The position numbers were made by a program, and so were the translations under genes. This document shows, piece after piece, positions 49,563 to 61,677 of a stretch of DNA of 64,000 bases (positions are counted from its first letter, which is position 1; every line of letters starts with the position of its first letter). A model generated the notes under the pieces. It did no database searches, was not told where the DNA came from, and was given only the letters and a program-made list of their open reading frames with translations. The DNA is from Utricularia gibba (taxonomy: Eukaryota; Plantae; Magnoliophyta), in assembly GCA_002189035.1 (NCBI GenBank), contig NEEC01000015.1, positions 2,108,001 to 2,172,000 of the forward strand. Reading direction: 5' to 3'.

Positions 49563-50179
49563 ATGGCAGGAGTCTCGAGAACTTTAGCTTGTTCTGCGAT
49601 AGCTCTGATGCTGTTAATCAGCTCATCGGAATCCATGGATCTCCTAGTCGGTGGCAGGCCCAACGCCTGGGCTGTTCCAGCTTCGGAATCGGAGTCTCTC
49701 AACCACTGGGCGGAGAAATCGCGGTTTCTTGTCGGAGATTCCCTAGGTATTGACTCGTTTCCTCGTCAATTGATTTATTCTGTCTCTCGATGCTCGGTTT
49801 TCTGACTTTGTTCGTCAATCAAATCAAATCAGTTTGGGAGTACGACGGCGCAAGGGATTCGGTACTAGAAGTGTCCGAGAGAGACTACTTCACCTGCAAT
49901 ACCATTAATCCGATCCAAACATACTCCGGCGGTAACAACACGGTGAGGCTGGAACGTTCCGGTCCCCACTACTTTATCAGCGGCGAATCTGGACATTGCC
50001 TAAAAGGCCAGAAGGTGATCGTAGTCGTTATGTCGGAGAGGTTCCGCCGCGATGTAGGAGTTTCTCTCGCGCGTTCTCTGGCTCCTGCGCCTGCGCCTGC
50101 TCTAGGTAGCGGAGCTTCGAGCCTTTGTTTAGGGTCCTTCTCGGTGTTGGCGTTGGGAGCCGCAACTTTCCTCATGTGA
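49563..50179 (+). CDS. ENODL: Early nodulin-like phytocyanin (ENODL), probably GPI-anchored; exons 49563-49746 and 49833-50179
   Basis: Signal peptide; LVGGRPNAW, LNHWAEKSRFLVGDSL, DSVLEVSERDYFTCN and SGPHYFISGESGHCLKGQKV (copper ligands incomplete, as in ENODLs); PAPAP linker and hydrophobic tail. Confidence 0.92.
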
Positions 50180-50462
50180 CGGAATTCGTTTATTCTGTAA
50201 CTTATCGCATTTCTTTTTCCCCAAACGTGCCGTTATTTGTACTGCGATTTGCTAATATTTTACTAAAACCAATAAAAGCCATTCTATTGTTACGAATTTG
50301 CAAAAGAGGCCCGTATCTTCCACAAATTGCAGAAAGCTACCCATGCCGCGTCCCCGTCCTACGCAGGTTCATTCCGATTCTCGCCCTTTCGTCACAACGC
50401 CCACCGTGAACGCAAGAGACAGAAAGAATTAGTTCTTTCGTCGTGTCAAGATTTTCCAGATA

Positions 50463-51798
50463 ATGGTAATCGGCCCTCGTTAGCCGCCACTGTTAGCTCA
50501 TTCAGTTTGCTGATTTTGACTCCATGTCATTTGCTGTGCAAGGAATCAGGTTTCTTCAAGTTTTTCTGAAATGGGTTTTTGAAATTTTCGTTGCTTGAAC
50601 TGAAGAAACAATGAAATAATTAAATCTCATTCCGATTGTTGTTGATACCACCGATTAGCTTGTTTCTTTCCACACTTGGAGTTTTTATCTTGTGTTTCGA
50701 AATCTCTGGGAGGCAAAACTCTAGCAAACGAGTCTAGTATTCAAGAATCCCCATTCTGCAATATTCTGGTGCTTAGTTTCTAGACATGGCCTAAGGGAAG
50801 AGTTTTCTCCAAATGCTATCCTTGTTTTTTATGCGCTATATTCTGGCGCATCTGACAGACTGAACGTGATTTGGCCAGCTTTTTTTCCCATTATTATCAT
50901 TATCTGTTTAAGGTCTTCGTTTTTAAATTTCTTGCAAACAAACTTTTCCGATGCTATCATTTAGGTATGCTATGATTATCCTGGAGGTGGAATTACAAAC
51001 TTTTCCGATGCTTCTGTATTGTTGGTGATTGCAGTCTAGCAGGCACACTATAGTTCTCATGCAAGCATCCCATAACAGAGCCACTCGCACATTCATGGAC
51101 TATGTATCAGTCAGTCAAGCGATGGATGGTATGCTTATATCTTGACTCCAAGACTTTATATTCCTAATTGGGGTTATACTATCTAGTGGCTGCTACCTTT
51201 GCACGGCACTCTGTTTAAGAAGAGAAGCTACTTGAGCTTCGAGCCATTCATGATAAAGTGGTGTTTCTTGTGGCTTGTGTGTACAGCTTAGAGCTAGTTT
51301 TGGAATTTTAAAGTGGAAGCAATGGGAAAATGTTAATCATGCTTGAAAGTCTTCAGAATTACTATGTATTTTTGTGGCTTGTGTGGCAGCCTTCAGAGCG
51401 CCTACTGTACTCCTTAAAATTTGTACGTTTACACAACCTGATAGTCTCAAGTCACTTTGTGTAGGAATATGTGGGCTGTACGAGAAGAAGCTCAAGGAAA
51501 TAAATCCAGCTTCCGGGAACATCACCTATGATATCTCAGATCTTTACAACTTCATTGATGGGCTTGGTGATCTAACTGCACTGGTGTAAGTAACCTATTT
51601 TCCTTGATCTTTTCCGGTGCATACTTCACATTGGAGACGCGAGTGAGCGCCTTTCTTGTTACCACAGCACTCTCTTTGTAACCATTATTGTGTGCTTGCT
51701 GATGCAGGTACGATCACTCGATTCAAGCTTATCTGCCGTATGATCGACAGTGGATTAGGCATAGAATGCTGCAGCACTTGAAGAAAATGGCGCAATGA
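50463..51798 (+). CDS. ERH: Enhancer of rudimentary homolog; exons 50463-50465 (ATG only), 51035-51128, 51465-51585, 51708-51798; mostly missed by the ORF track
   Basis: Spliced product MSSRHTIVLMQASHNRATRTFMDYVSVSQAMDGICGLYEKKLKEINPASGNITYDISDLYNFIDGLGDLTALVYDHSIQAYLPYDRQWIRHRMLQHLKKMAQ*; all junctions GT-AG and in phase. Confidence 0.95.
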
Positions 51799-52575
51799 AA
51801 ACTAGATGGAGGCACCTCTGCATTCAGGCAACATGTTTGAATACTGTAGCTTCTATTTGTTCTGTAGGCCTGCTCTGTTACACTTTCTGAAGGTTGAAAC
51901 TTGAACAGTGTAGAATGGGGGCGAACTTGCGGATTATTATAATTAATTAAATGGGGAAATTAACAAATAGTTTTCTTAATTAATAATAAAGATAAGGAAA
52001 TATGGGCCCGACCCGGGCCAGAGCCCACGATGAAAGGTTAGACAGAAGAGGGGGGGAGATGGGCGGGGTAGTAATCGGGTCGGGTCATTTGCTGGCTAGG
52101 TCAATCGAACTCCAGTATTTCTTCCCTTCGATTGCTGAATGCCGTCGGAGAGTTGTTCCCGGAGATCCGAAGACTTGATGCACTATCGGCTCTCTCGTAT
52201 TCGCTGTGATTTCTATTTCTACACCTCTTGATGATGCCCTGCGTCATTTTTATGAACAATTGAATGTAGTTAACTGCATTTTTTTTAGAATTCGATGGGC
52301 TGGGGAGTGATGATTTAGAACGTGGTGGCGAATTGCTATGGAAATTGCTAACCTTCTCTGCTTGCTAGAATGGAATATGAAGAAGAAAATCAAGCAGTAA
52401 TGTAACCAGTTCAAGATTGAGAGAACAGGCACAAAACGCTTATGAAGAGACTTGGAAGATCTCCGAGACAAGCAGCAAACTCATAGGTCCAGTTGGCGAG
52501 CTGTTGCACTCTGGAACAAGCCCCAACCGCTGCCTCAAAACACCAAAATTTCCTTGGAGTGCGCCAGTAGGCCCA

Positions 52576-55040
52576 TCATGATGCTTGACACTGGGGACTA
52601 GGTTTCTCTGTCTAACCAGTTCATGAAGATCATGGACAATCTTGAAGACGGCATCAGGTCTTGCAAGCCTCAAGGCGTTTTTCGACATTGCAACAAGCTC
52701 CTCCTGCTTTGGACCAAACCATTGGGAAACAATGTTGGCAATCTCTGATGGAGACTTTGAGAACTTGCCACATCCATTTTCGACTACGTAAGGAACATTC
52801 CCAGCTTCCTACAAATCAGAACAGAAGGTATACAATATCGTACTACTTATGATCATGGAGGTTGCGTATTGGAGAGATGAGATGTTACAAGTACCTGGCC
52901 AGCGATATAACCATTCAGGATTATTGGAAGTCCCCGGATCATCGCTTCTGCAATTGTCCCAGGGCCAGCCTGCAGCACAAGCAGCAGTGGCATTTTGTGT
53001 GATCATTCTTGTAAGTGGAAAAAATGCATTGCCATAAGCGATGTATATGTACCTTGGTGATGATACAGTCACATGCGCCCATGCATTCCTCCATTTTTGT
53101 CACGAAACCCTTCACCTAAAAAATGGAACAGAAACTGTTATTATCAGGCAAGAATTTGGATGAGAAGCAGCTAAACTACTATGTCTAACAAGGCTTTTAG
53201 GGCACTACCTCCACAGGTATCCTCCAGTTAATGGACTGCAATCTTTGGGCTAACTTCTTGTTTCTACCGCATATCACAAGAATTTGACCAATTGGTTCTC
53301 CGTTTGTTTCGTCGTATAATGCATCCCCAAGAGCTCTTGCAGTGGCTTCAATTGGCCCCATACCTTCACCACCACCCATCAACAAAACTGCAGGAAGATG
53401 CTCATTCATCCCCAAGTCCTTCCTCAATTCATCCTGCAACAGAAATATGATCTTGCTGATGCACAAACTTCTGAGATATCCAGACAAGTGCAGGTGAGAT
53501 ACAGCATAAATTACAACAGGAAAAAGGGGCAACCTGTGGTCGAACAGGCTTCACAAACGAGGGCCTCACCGGGAGGCCATAGACTTTGATTTGAGGAGGT
53601 TGAAGGCCAGCTCTAGATGCCCGTCTGGCTACCTCTTCTGATGGACAGTAGCATCTGGTTACCAGCTTGTGAAACCTACCATGTGAATTTTGATGATCTG
53701 GATGGATTCTCAATGGCATCACACCAAATTAAGCTATTTCTAAATGATATCTTCATACCATGTAGGATGGCAGGTGGCAAGATCCGTTACAACTGTTGTA
53801 AAGACAATCTTCTTCAGAAGCCCCTTAGCTCTCAAAATACGAAGTGGAACATGCTGCATCAGAGGATGAACGCTGATGATGATATCCGGTTGGTATTTCA
53901 TCAATCCCTTAGCAACCTCTCTGTTGGAAAGCACAGAACAAGAGGCAAAATATCAAGATCACAACCAGGCAGTATGCACACTACTGAGAGGCCATACAAA
54001 TACTCCCCTCAGAGAACACACGTGGGGAGATAGAAGAGTTCCATCACATAAACACAACAACCATAACGTACTGTGACTAAACAATGACAGAGGCAGAAGA
54101 TGGGCTGGGCCACCCACCGAGCTATGAAAGCTGAAGTCGCAGCAAAATTTGTACGGTGAATAACGCGTGGAGCTGAAGCATAATAGGTCATTTTCCAGAG
54201 TGTTCCATGTTTCACTAGGAAATTATAACTCTTGGGCAGCTGATTAAAGGGCCAAGGTGTATGATCTGTCCACAAGTCTGTAATGAAAACCTGTGAAACA
54301 AAACTTCAACAAGGAAAAATGGGCAAATTCTTGAACCTTGGTCATATAGCTAGAAAAGTATAGTTTCTTGTCATAATTCTCCACACATTTCTAGATAAAT
54401 ATGGCAGCTACATCTATAGTAAAAAGCCGTTTGTAGTTAGTTCCTAATTGTTACACAGGCAATTGCTTCACAGAGCAGAGCAAATGCCAACAAATCTTAA
54501 CTGAAAGCCTCAAGAAAATCTAGACAGCTTCAGCAACTATGCACATTTGCACAACAACAAATACAGTACCTGGTAATCTTCTCCAAACTCTTCCATGAAA
54601 GCCGCCTTAATGGCCTCTGCAGAAGCTCGATGGCCACCTCCAGTATCACTCATCAAAATCAGAACTTTTTTAGGAGCATTCGTCGTGGTGCTATTAGGAA
54701 TTCCCTCTACTTCTTCCAACAATAAATTCCCGTCTTCTCTATAGCCATTATTCTCTTCGGCATGAATTGAGGAAAATCCAAGAGGAATCCTTTCACAGTG
54801 GAACCTAATAGCTCTGTTAAACTGTTCCATAGCTCTTCTAAGGCTAAAATCAGCACCTTTGCAGCTTACTCTCAACGAAGCGGTGATCTTTGGCTTTCTT
54901 TTTGGTTCAAAATACAAATAGTTTGACAACAGTGTCGACTGCCCATCATGATTGAGACCGGGAGAACTAAACGCAAAATCCAATCTCGGTACACAGCCAA
55001 GTGGGTTCACAGGCTCTTTACTTACAGTTGACGGCTGCAT
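52576..55040 (-). CDS. MGD1: Monogalactosyldiacylglycerol synthase, type A; 8 coding exons. Likely true stop 52576-52578; as assembled the frame reads on to 52440.
   Basis: [91 protein letters not shown] and [10 protein letters not shown]; long N-terminal extension. Confidence 0.95.
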
Positions 55041-55809
55041 ATTTGCCCTGATCTCCCTGAATCGCACTCCTCAGAATATATTCGTGATACACAGCAAAAT
55101 TAACGCGAATTCTCACCGAACAACAAAATCCCAGAAACAATGGTCAGCAAAAGATGTTTGTGGTTATCAGAGATCGAAACAGTTTAAGAAAGAACAATAC
55201 GCCACTTCTACGTGGACTGGAGACCCACTGGATGCTGGGAATTTGGGGAAAGACAGGCAACCACACACGCCGGATTTACTATGAAATCCAAATATCCGAG
55301 AGACGGTGGGGCAGACGCTTTAAAAGAAACTGATATTGAAAATCCAAATCATTTACACATGAGTGAAAATGTGAATCATAAAGGGGTGGTACAGAAAGTT
55401 TTCCAGAAAGGGAAAAAGATAAAGGGGGCTCTTGCCTGAGGAGCAGCCGCAGTCAGATTCAAGTAACTGCCCCAGAAACTGCGCTCAAAATCCAAAGCTT
55501 TACAAATACCTCGCCAACCTCACAGCGAGGGCTCGAGCGAGAGAAATCACACCACCGGGATAGTGGTCACTGGGCAATGATGGTGGAAAATCCATCGCTT
55601 TTCGCTGACAGGCCCAACGCTACCATTAGTGGGCTTGTTGAATCGATCACTTTTTTTCCTTGGCTCCATTAGAGTTTTCTGTAATGATATCCTGACTGTA
55701 TGGCCTTAAACGAAGCTTAGCCCTGCAGATTATCCACTGCTTCTTGCTTGCCCGCTAGAGAAGAAACCGTGTGAAATCAATCTCTCCCATCCATCAATCT
55801 ACAGCTTCC

Positions 55810-57890
55810 ATGAACCTCTTGCATTTCCAGCTCCAGTTGCAGCCATGTTTCACTCATATCCATCATCCCAATTCTCCATCTTACGCCTCCTGGACTAAAC
55901 CAGACAAGAAAGCAAGAACCATCCTCTCCCGCCAACAGAAATTGCGGGCAATCGCCAATGAGACTTCGACGGAACCAACGCTGATTGAAGAAGGGGCACA
56001 ACTGAATGAGGCTGTGAACTACGATTGGACTCAAGAGTGGTACCCATTGTATCTCACCAAGAATGTACCCGACGATGCACCTTTGGGCCTCACGGTGTTT
56101 GATAAACAGGTAGTTTTGTACAAGGACGCGAATGGCGAGCTTCGCTGCTTTGAGGACCGATGCCCCCACAGGTGATCATCACATCTTAGTAAATTTAAAT
56201 CTTGATTTTCAATCGGGTGCCAAAATTCTTGGCTCCAAACCTGTTTTCTGAATTGGGTTTCATTCAAGACTTCGATTTTACATGCTGTAGAAATGATTGT
56301 ATGAAAAGATTTGATCAAGTGAGATTCGCCATAGGCAATGAAATAAGGAGATCCACTCCTCGTGGACGAAGTATTGCTTGTGAAGTAGAATTAACAAAAA
56401 GAAAAGCCTTTGGGAAAAAGTGTTCAATGAAACAGTATAACTGGATTCTTCCGCTGCAGGTTGGCTAAATTGTCTGAAGGGCAGATATATAATGGAAAAT
56501 TAGAATGCTTATATCATGGCTGGCAATTTGAAGGCAACGGCAAATGTGTGAAGATACCCCAGGTTTCTGTTTTTGCGTTGCATGCTCGATTTATTTCCCG
56601 ATCTTGGTGCCATGGTGACAATTCTCTCTCAGTTCTGACAGAGTATTGCTTCCCAGCCTCATGTTTTGTTGCTGTGATTGGATTTCTTATAGTGTATGGT
56701 TGATATGTTTTGCCAGAGGTTTTTTGCTGACAACGGACTTCAAACCATTCTTACAGATTGCTGAAGGTGCAAAGATCCCACAGTCAGCTTGTCTGAAAGC
56801 GTATGAAATTCGAGATTCTCAAGGTGTTGTATGGATCTGGATGTCCCAGAAGACACCTCCCAATTTTGAAAAAATTCCTTGGTTTGCCAACTTTGATCGA
56901 CCAGGCTTTCGTGACATTTCAACATTACATGAGCTCCCATACGATCATTCTATCCTGTTAGAGAACCTGATGGATCCTGCACATGTTCCCATTTCTCATG
57001 ACCGAACAGATTTCACTGCAAAAAGAGAAGATGCAACTGCATTGTTCTTTGACGTCACTGAGAGGACAGATCGCGGGTTTGCTGGATTCTGGGGGAGAGA
57101 AAAGGATCGCAATACACCCCAATATATCCCAAATTTTTTGAGGTTCGAAGCACCATGTGTTCTTCAGAATAACAGAGAGATCATTGACAAAAATGGTAAG
57201 AAAGACTACTTCTCAGGATTGTTCCTCTGTAGGCCATCAGGACAAGGAAAATCCATGCTTATCGTTAGATTCGGAAATACGAGGAAACCACCTTTGTTGT
57301 TGAGAATATTTCCACAGTGGTACTTTCATCAGAATGCTAGCAAGGTTTTTGAGCAGGATATGGGATTTCTTTCATCCCAGAATGAGATCCTTATGAAGGA
57401 AAAAGTTCCTACGAGACAACTGTATATCAACTTGAGGTCATCAGATACTTGGGTGGCTGAGTACCGGAAGTGGATGGACAAAGTTGGTCACGGCATGCCT
57501 TATTATTTCGGGCACAGCACTATCTCTTTGCCTGAGAAACCGGCCGTCATCGAGCACGCTCCTGCTGGTTTTGTAGCCAGTCTGTCGGCTTCGCAGCCAG
57601 CCAAGGGTGGTATTGGTGCAATGCACGCTCCAAATCCTGCCAACAGATACTTTAGACATGTGATTCATTGTAAACAATGCATGAATGTGCTCAAATCTTT
57701 CCAAGCATGGAAAAACGCACTCTCTGTGGCTGCATTTGTTTCCACGGCTTTAGCCATCCTGGTCTCCGGCAGGCAGTGGAAAGCTGTGTTCTTGCTCTCC
57801 ACAGCATTTTTCTTGGCCGGAATTCAGATTTGTTCATCTGCTATCTCGTTGAAGACAACAAACTTTATCAGGACACACAGGAGAATATGA
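55810..57890 (+). CDS. TIC55: TIC55 Rieske-type oxygenase of the chloroplast inner envelope; exons 55810-56171, 56460-56562, 56757-57890
   Basis: Rieske ligands RCPHR...LECLYHGW; mononuclear Fe site [13 protein letters not shown]; C-terminal HVIHCKQC (CxxC) followed by two hydrophobic segments. Confidence 0.93.
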
Positions 57891-58669
57891 ATGAAAAGTT
57901 CCACTGTGTGCTCTATCTGCTGTGTAGTACACCATTTTCACTCATGAGAAAAGAATCCGTTTCATTTTGTCATTAAGTTGGAACGTGAACGAGTTCCCAT
58001 GTACTGGAAAACAATAATGCGGAACTTACTGTGTAGAATAAGCATCAACTTCTCAACAAGATCACTTCATACGAAACTAACTTTAGATCTCCTACTGTGT
58101 GTTCAGTGTTCTCCATCTGTTGCACTTTTCCTGAGGGCACTGGCGATAATGGCAATAACCAACGACTTTGAATTGTCAGTCAATAGGTGTCAAGTGAGAA
58201 CAACAGGAATTTACGAAATGCAGAATACTTCAGTGGACTGATAAAAAAAGGAAAAGAATACTTCAGTGGAAATCCACAATGGAAGTAGTTACTGAAAGAG
58301 GCGTCAGAGAAGCAAAGATCAATGCTTGCAGAACCGACCAGACCCCAACCCGGGCCCCCATATTGCATCTCAGTTGGAACTTGGACATATGCAATTGAAC
58401 CAAACTCGTAGCAAAGTGGTGGCCATTTCAAGAACCCCACCACCAAGGGAATGATGACAAATGGTTCATTGTTCCACTGAACTACTGAGAAGACTGAGGA
58501 ATGAAATGGGACAGTGTAAGAAGACCGCCGTTTAAACAGGTCCTGCACGTGCTCCATGTTCATATTTAAGCTTTCCCATAACATCCAATGGGGAAGCTTC
58601 TTGTATATATTTAAACCCTTTGCCTTTTCCTGAATCAAATATCCAAGGCTTGGGATTCTGCTCTAACTC

Positions 58670-60167
58670 ATGGCCATTCTCTCTTCCCCTGCCTTGAGGA
58701 CTTTGTTCTCTTATTCTGTGACAATTGTACTGATCTCATGCTATTATCAACACCGCAGAAGCGATGCTTTGCCAGATTTCCACACGGTTGAAGTCACTTC
58801 TCTTTTCCCAGCCTCTGTGTGTAGCCGCTCCACTGGTATGGTAACTTCTCTTCCTCCTCCCACATTTGGTTTACTCCGGTCTCATATTTATGAATGAATA
58901 TGATTCAGTTGTAAGCAAGAGACATTCAACAATGGAGGTCTTCCACAGACATGGCCCATGTTCCAGCCATGGCCAAGAGGGTTCACCTGCATCATCACTG
59001 ACAAAGATCTTGTCCAACGACGAGGCACGAGTTGGGCATATTCGAGATCGATTAACAACCAAAAAAGCTCATCGAGACCAGAGTGAGTTGGGGGATACCA
59101 AGGTGACGCTCCCCAGTCAGTCCGGTGTCTCGTTCGGCATTGGAAACTACATCGTTAGTATTGGGCTGGGCACTCCGGTGAGATCTCTCTCAATGATTTT
59201 CGACACCGGTAGCTATCTAACATGGACACAATGCCAACCCTGCGTGGCATCATGCTACCGGCAGCGAGATCCAATTTTCAACCCTTCTGCTTCAGCGACG
59301 TACTCCAACATCTCCTGCAATTCTGCTGCATGCTCCCAACTCGCTGGGAGTGCCTTAAGGGGCTGCTCATCAGGGACTTGCCTGTATGGTATTGTCTACG
59401 GGGATCGGTCCTATGGTGCAGGATTCCTCAGCAAAGACAGGCTCACCTTATCAAATGATGTCTACAATGATTTCCTCTTCGGCTGCGGTGTAAACAACAG
59501 GGGGCTTTTTGGATCAGCTGCTGGGATGATAGGCCTCGGACCACATCCACTGTCCCTTGTGTCTCAGACTGCAGGGAATTATGGAAGGGTGTTTTCATAC
59601 TGTCTTCCTTCCAGATCAAGCACAACAGGGCATTTGACATTCGGGAGCTCTGAAGTCTCAAGAGATGTGAAGTACACCCCTTTTGATACCTCACAGGGGA
59701 CATCATTCTACTTCATCACCATTACAGGAATCAGCGTCGGCGGGAGACCACTACCCATCAGCCAAACGGTCTTCAGCACGGCAGGGACCATCATCGACTC
59801 CGGCACGGTGATCACACGCCTCCCGCCAAGTGCATATTCTCAGTTGAGCGCTGCTTTCAAGACGCTGATGAGCCAGCTTTATGCCACTGCACCACCCTTT
59901 GGAATACTGGACACATGCTTTAATACAGGAAACAATACAATTATCAGAGTTCCCAAGATATCCTTCACTTTCCAGGGCAACCTGGTAGTGGACTTGCCTG
60001 TATCGGGAATAGTCTATTTCACCGGTCCATCGGAGATATGCCTCGCTTTCGCTGGAAACACCGATGCCAGCTCGGTTGGGATCTGGGGTAACACGCAGCA
60101 ACGAGGTTTCGAAATAGTGCATGATCTTGCAATGGGAAGGCTGGGAATTGGAGCTGGGGGATGCTGA
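58670..60167 (+). CDS. Secreted A1 aspartic protease, AED1-like; exons 58670-58835 and 58909-60167
   Basis: Signal peptide; FHTVEVTSLFPASVC; VFHRHGPCS; catalytic MIFDTGS and IIDSGT; FSYCLPS; CLAFAGN; IWGNTQQRGFEIVHD; TATA-like TATATATTTAAA about 58603. Confidence 0.93.
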
Positions 60168-60804
60168 TCCTGGTTTACAGACGTGTATGACTAATATCTA
60201 ATAAAGCCGGAAATCTACCCAGTTATCAAAGGGACAAGAGATCACATCATTGTCACTTGTGAAACCTTCTTCCCAGGGCTATTTACATTCACACGACAAA
60301 CAAGCAACTCGTACAGACAAAAAGATCAAGTCTTTAATGATACCACGACAAAGAAAACAAAATGCTGATAGAGTTGCACTCGTATTTCATTCAACAAAGG
60401 GCTCCTAAAAGGCCAACACAGAATAGTAAATGAACCAACGGTGGGGGGATTTCATACACATCCTTGAAGGGATCTTATACTTGAAACACTGTTGAAAGAA
60501 TGAAAATATGCGTATTCTACCAGAACAAGAAGACTGCCTAATGAGTGAACAATCGCATCAAAACTTTATCACAGACGATGGAGCATGTAGTGGCATGGTT
60601 GAATTTAAGTCATTACAGGAAGATAGGAATAAGTAATTAGCTGTAACAGCACATAATTTAATCCAACTTGGAGCAGAAAAGCGAATGAAACTTAGAAATG
60701 TTACCAATGATTATTATCTATACAAATAGCTCAAATTTTGGTCACCATTCTCAGCAGCTCAAAGCAGTTTAGAGAAGTAAAATAACCCTTCAAGTTGCAA
60801 TCTT

Positions 60805-61677
60805 TCACTCGTCCTCGTTTTCACTTTCACCGCCACTACTCATTGGGAGCACCCTACTCGTCGGTATAACGCTGTCAACGAAAGTTGCGGACGACATTTC
60901 CATATGACTAATTCTCACGGCGCCGAATAATCTTTCAGGCAACTCTTCATCGTTCTGCGCTTCAACAAGAAATCCCATGTCCACTGAAACTGCGGTTACA
61001 CACCCCAACGCTAAACGTAGAATGGCTGTAGCAATTGCAGAACTTCCAATGTCGACATCGATTTCTAGATAATTTGGCCCCCGGTGATAGTAGCAGTTCA
61101 ACGCCTTCCCCAGTAAACAAGCTGAATGATTCCCGACCGCGGTTTTCACAATCCAAGGCCCTCTCACGATTTTGTTCACAATCTTGAACCTGCTATTGCG
61201 AAACGCATCTGAACCATTGATGAACTGGTGGAGCAAAGAGTTGGAGTTAAGCAGATCGTCTACTTTACTGGAGAAGTAGAAAACAGCAGAGTAATGTTCC
61301 CTTCCGGGCACTTGAAGATTCACAGCAATTATAAAAGTCTTTGTAGATCTATCACGATCCTTTGACCTGCACAACGCGTTCATAACCCGATTATCCGGTC
61401 TAGCGAGCACGTGCTCCAATTTCGCATTGGATCTGAGCCAATCGACGCCAGCCGGATTCATCAGCCACTCCCCAGCGGGAGTTTTAGACTTCCTCGAAAA
61501 GTAATTCGCTCCCCGTAGAAGAAAAACGTCACCTGGAGGTGAGGCCCAACCATTGGTACCATTTTCAAGGTCAACGTGTTTCAAGGATCCTCCGCGAATA
61601 GCTTCATTTCTCCAATCTTCTACGGTGCCCCCGGAAGAGTGTTGGTGATTCTTCTGCTTGTTCTTCCAACGGTGCAT
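60805..61677 (-). CDS. EDR2-like C-terminal domain (DUF1336) protein, intronless
   Basis: GWASPPGDVFLLRGANYF, FIIAVNLQVPG, FRNSRFKIVNKIVRGPWIVK, YLEIDVDIGSS and ELPERLFGAVR. Confidence 0.92.
   Translation of the reverse strand: MHRWKNKQKNHQHSSGGTVEDWRNEAIRGGSLKHVDLENGTNGWASPPGDVFLLRGANYFSRKSKTPAGEWLMNPAGVDWLRSNAKLEHVLARPDNRVMNALCRSKDRDRSTKTFIIAVNLQVPGREHYSAVFYFSSKVDDLLNSNSLLHQFINGSDAFRNSRFKIVNKIVRGPWIVKTAVGNHSACLLGKALNCYYHRGPNYLEIDVDIGSSAIATAILRLALGCVTAVSVDMGFLVEAQNDEELPERLFGAVRISHMEMSSATFVDSVIPTSRVLPMSSGGESENEDE

Noticed and set aside
52225-52420. TGATGA boxes suggesting C/D snoRNAs
   Set aside because: No CTGA D box at a suitable distance and no recognisable rRNA-complementary guide
58180-58638. 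152-aa minus-strand ORF between TIC55 and the protease
   Set aside because: TTG start, no recognisable domain, and it lies over the protease promoter; no positive evidence of coding
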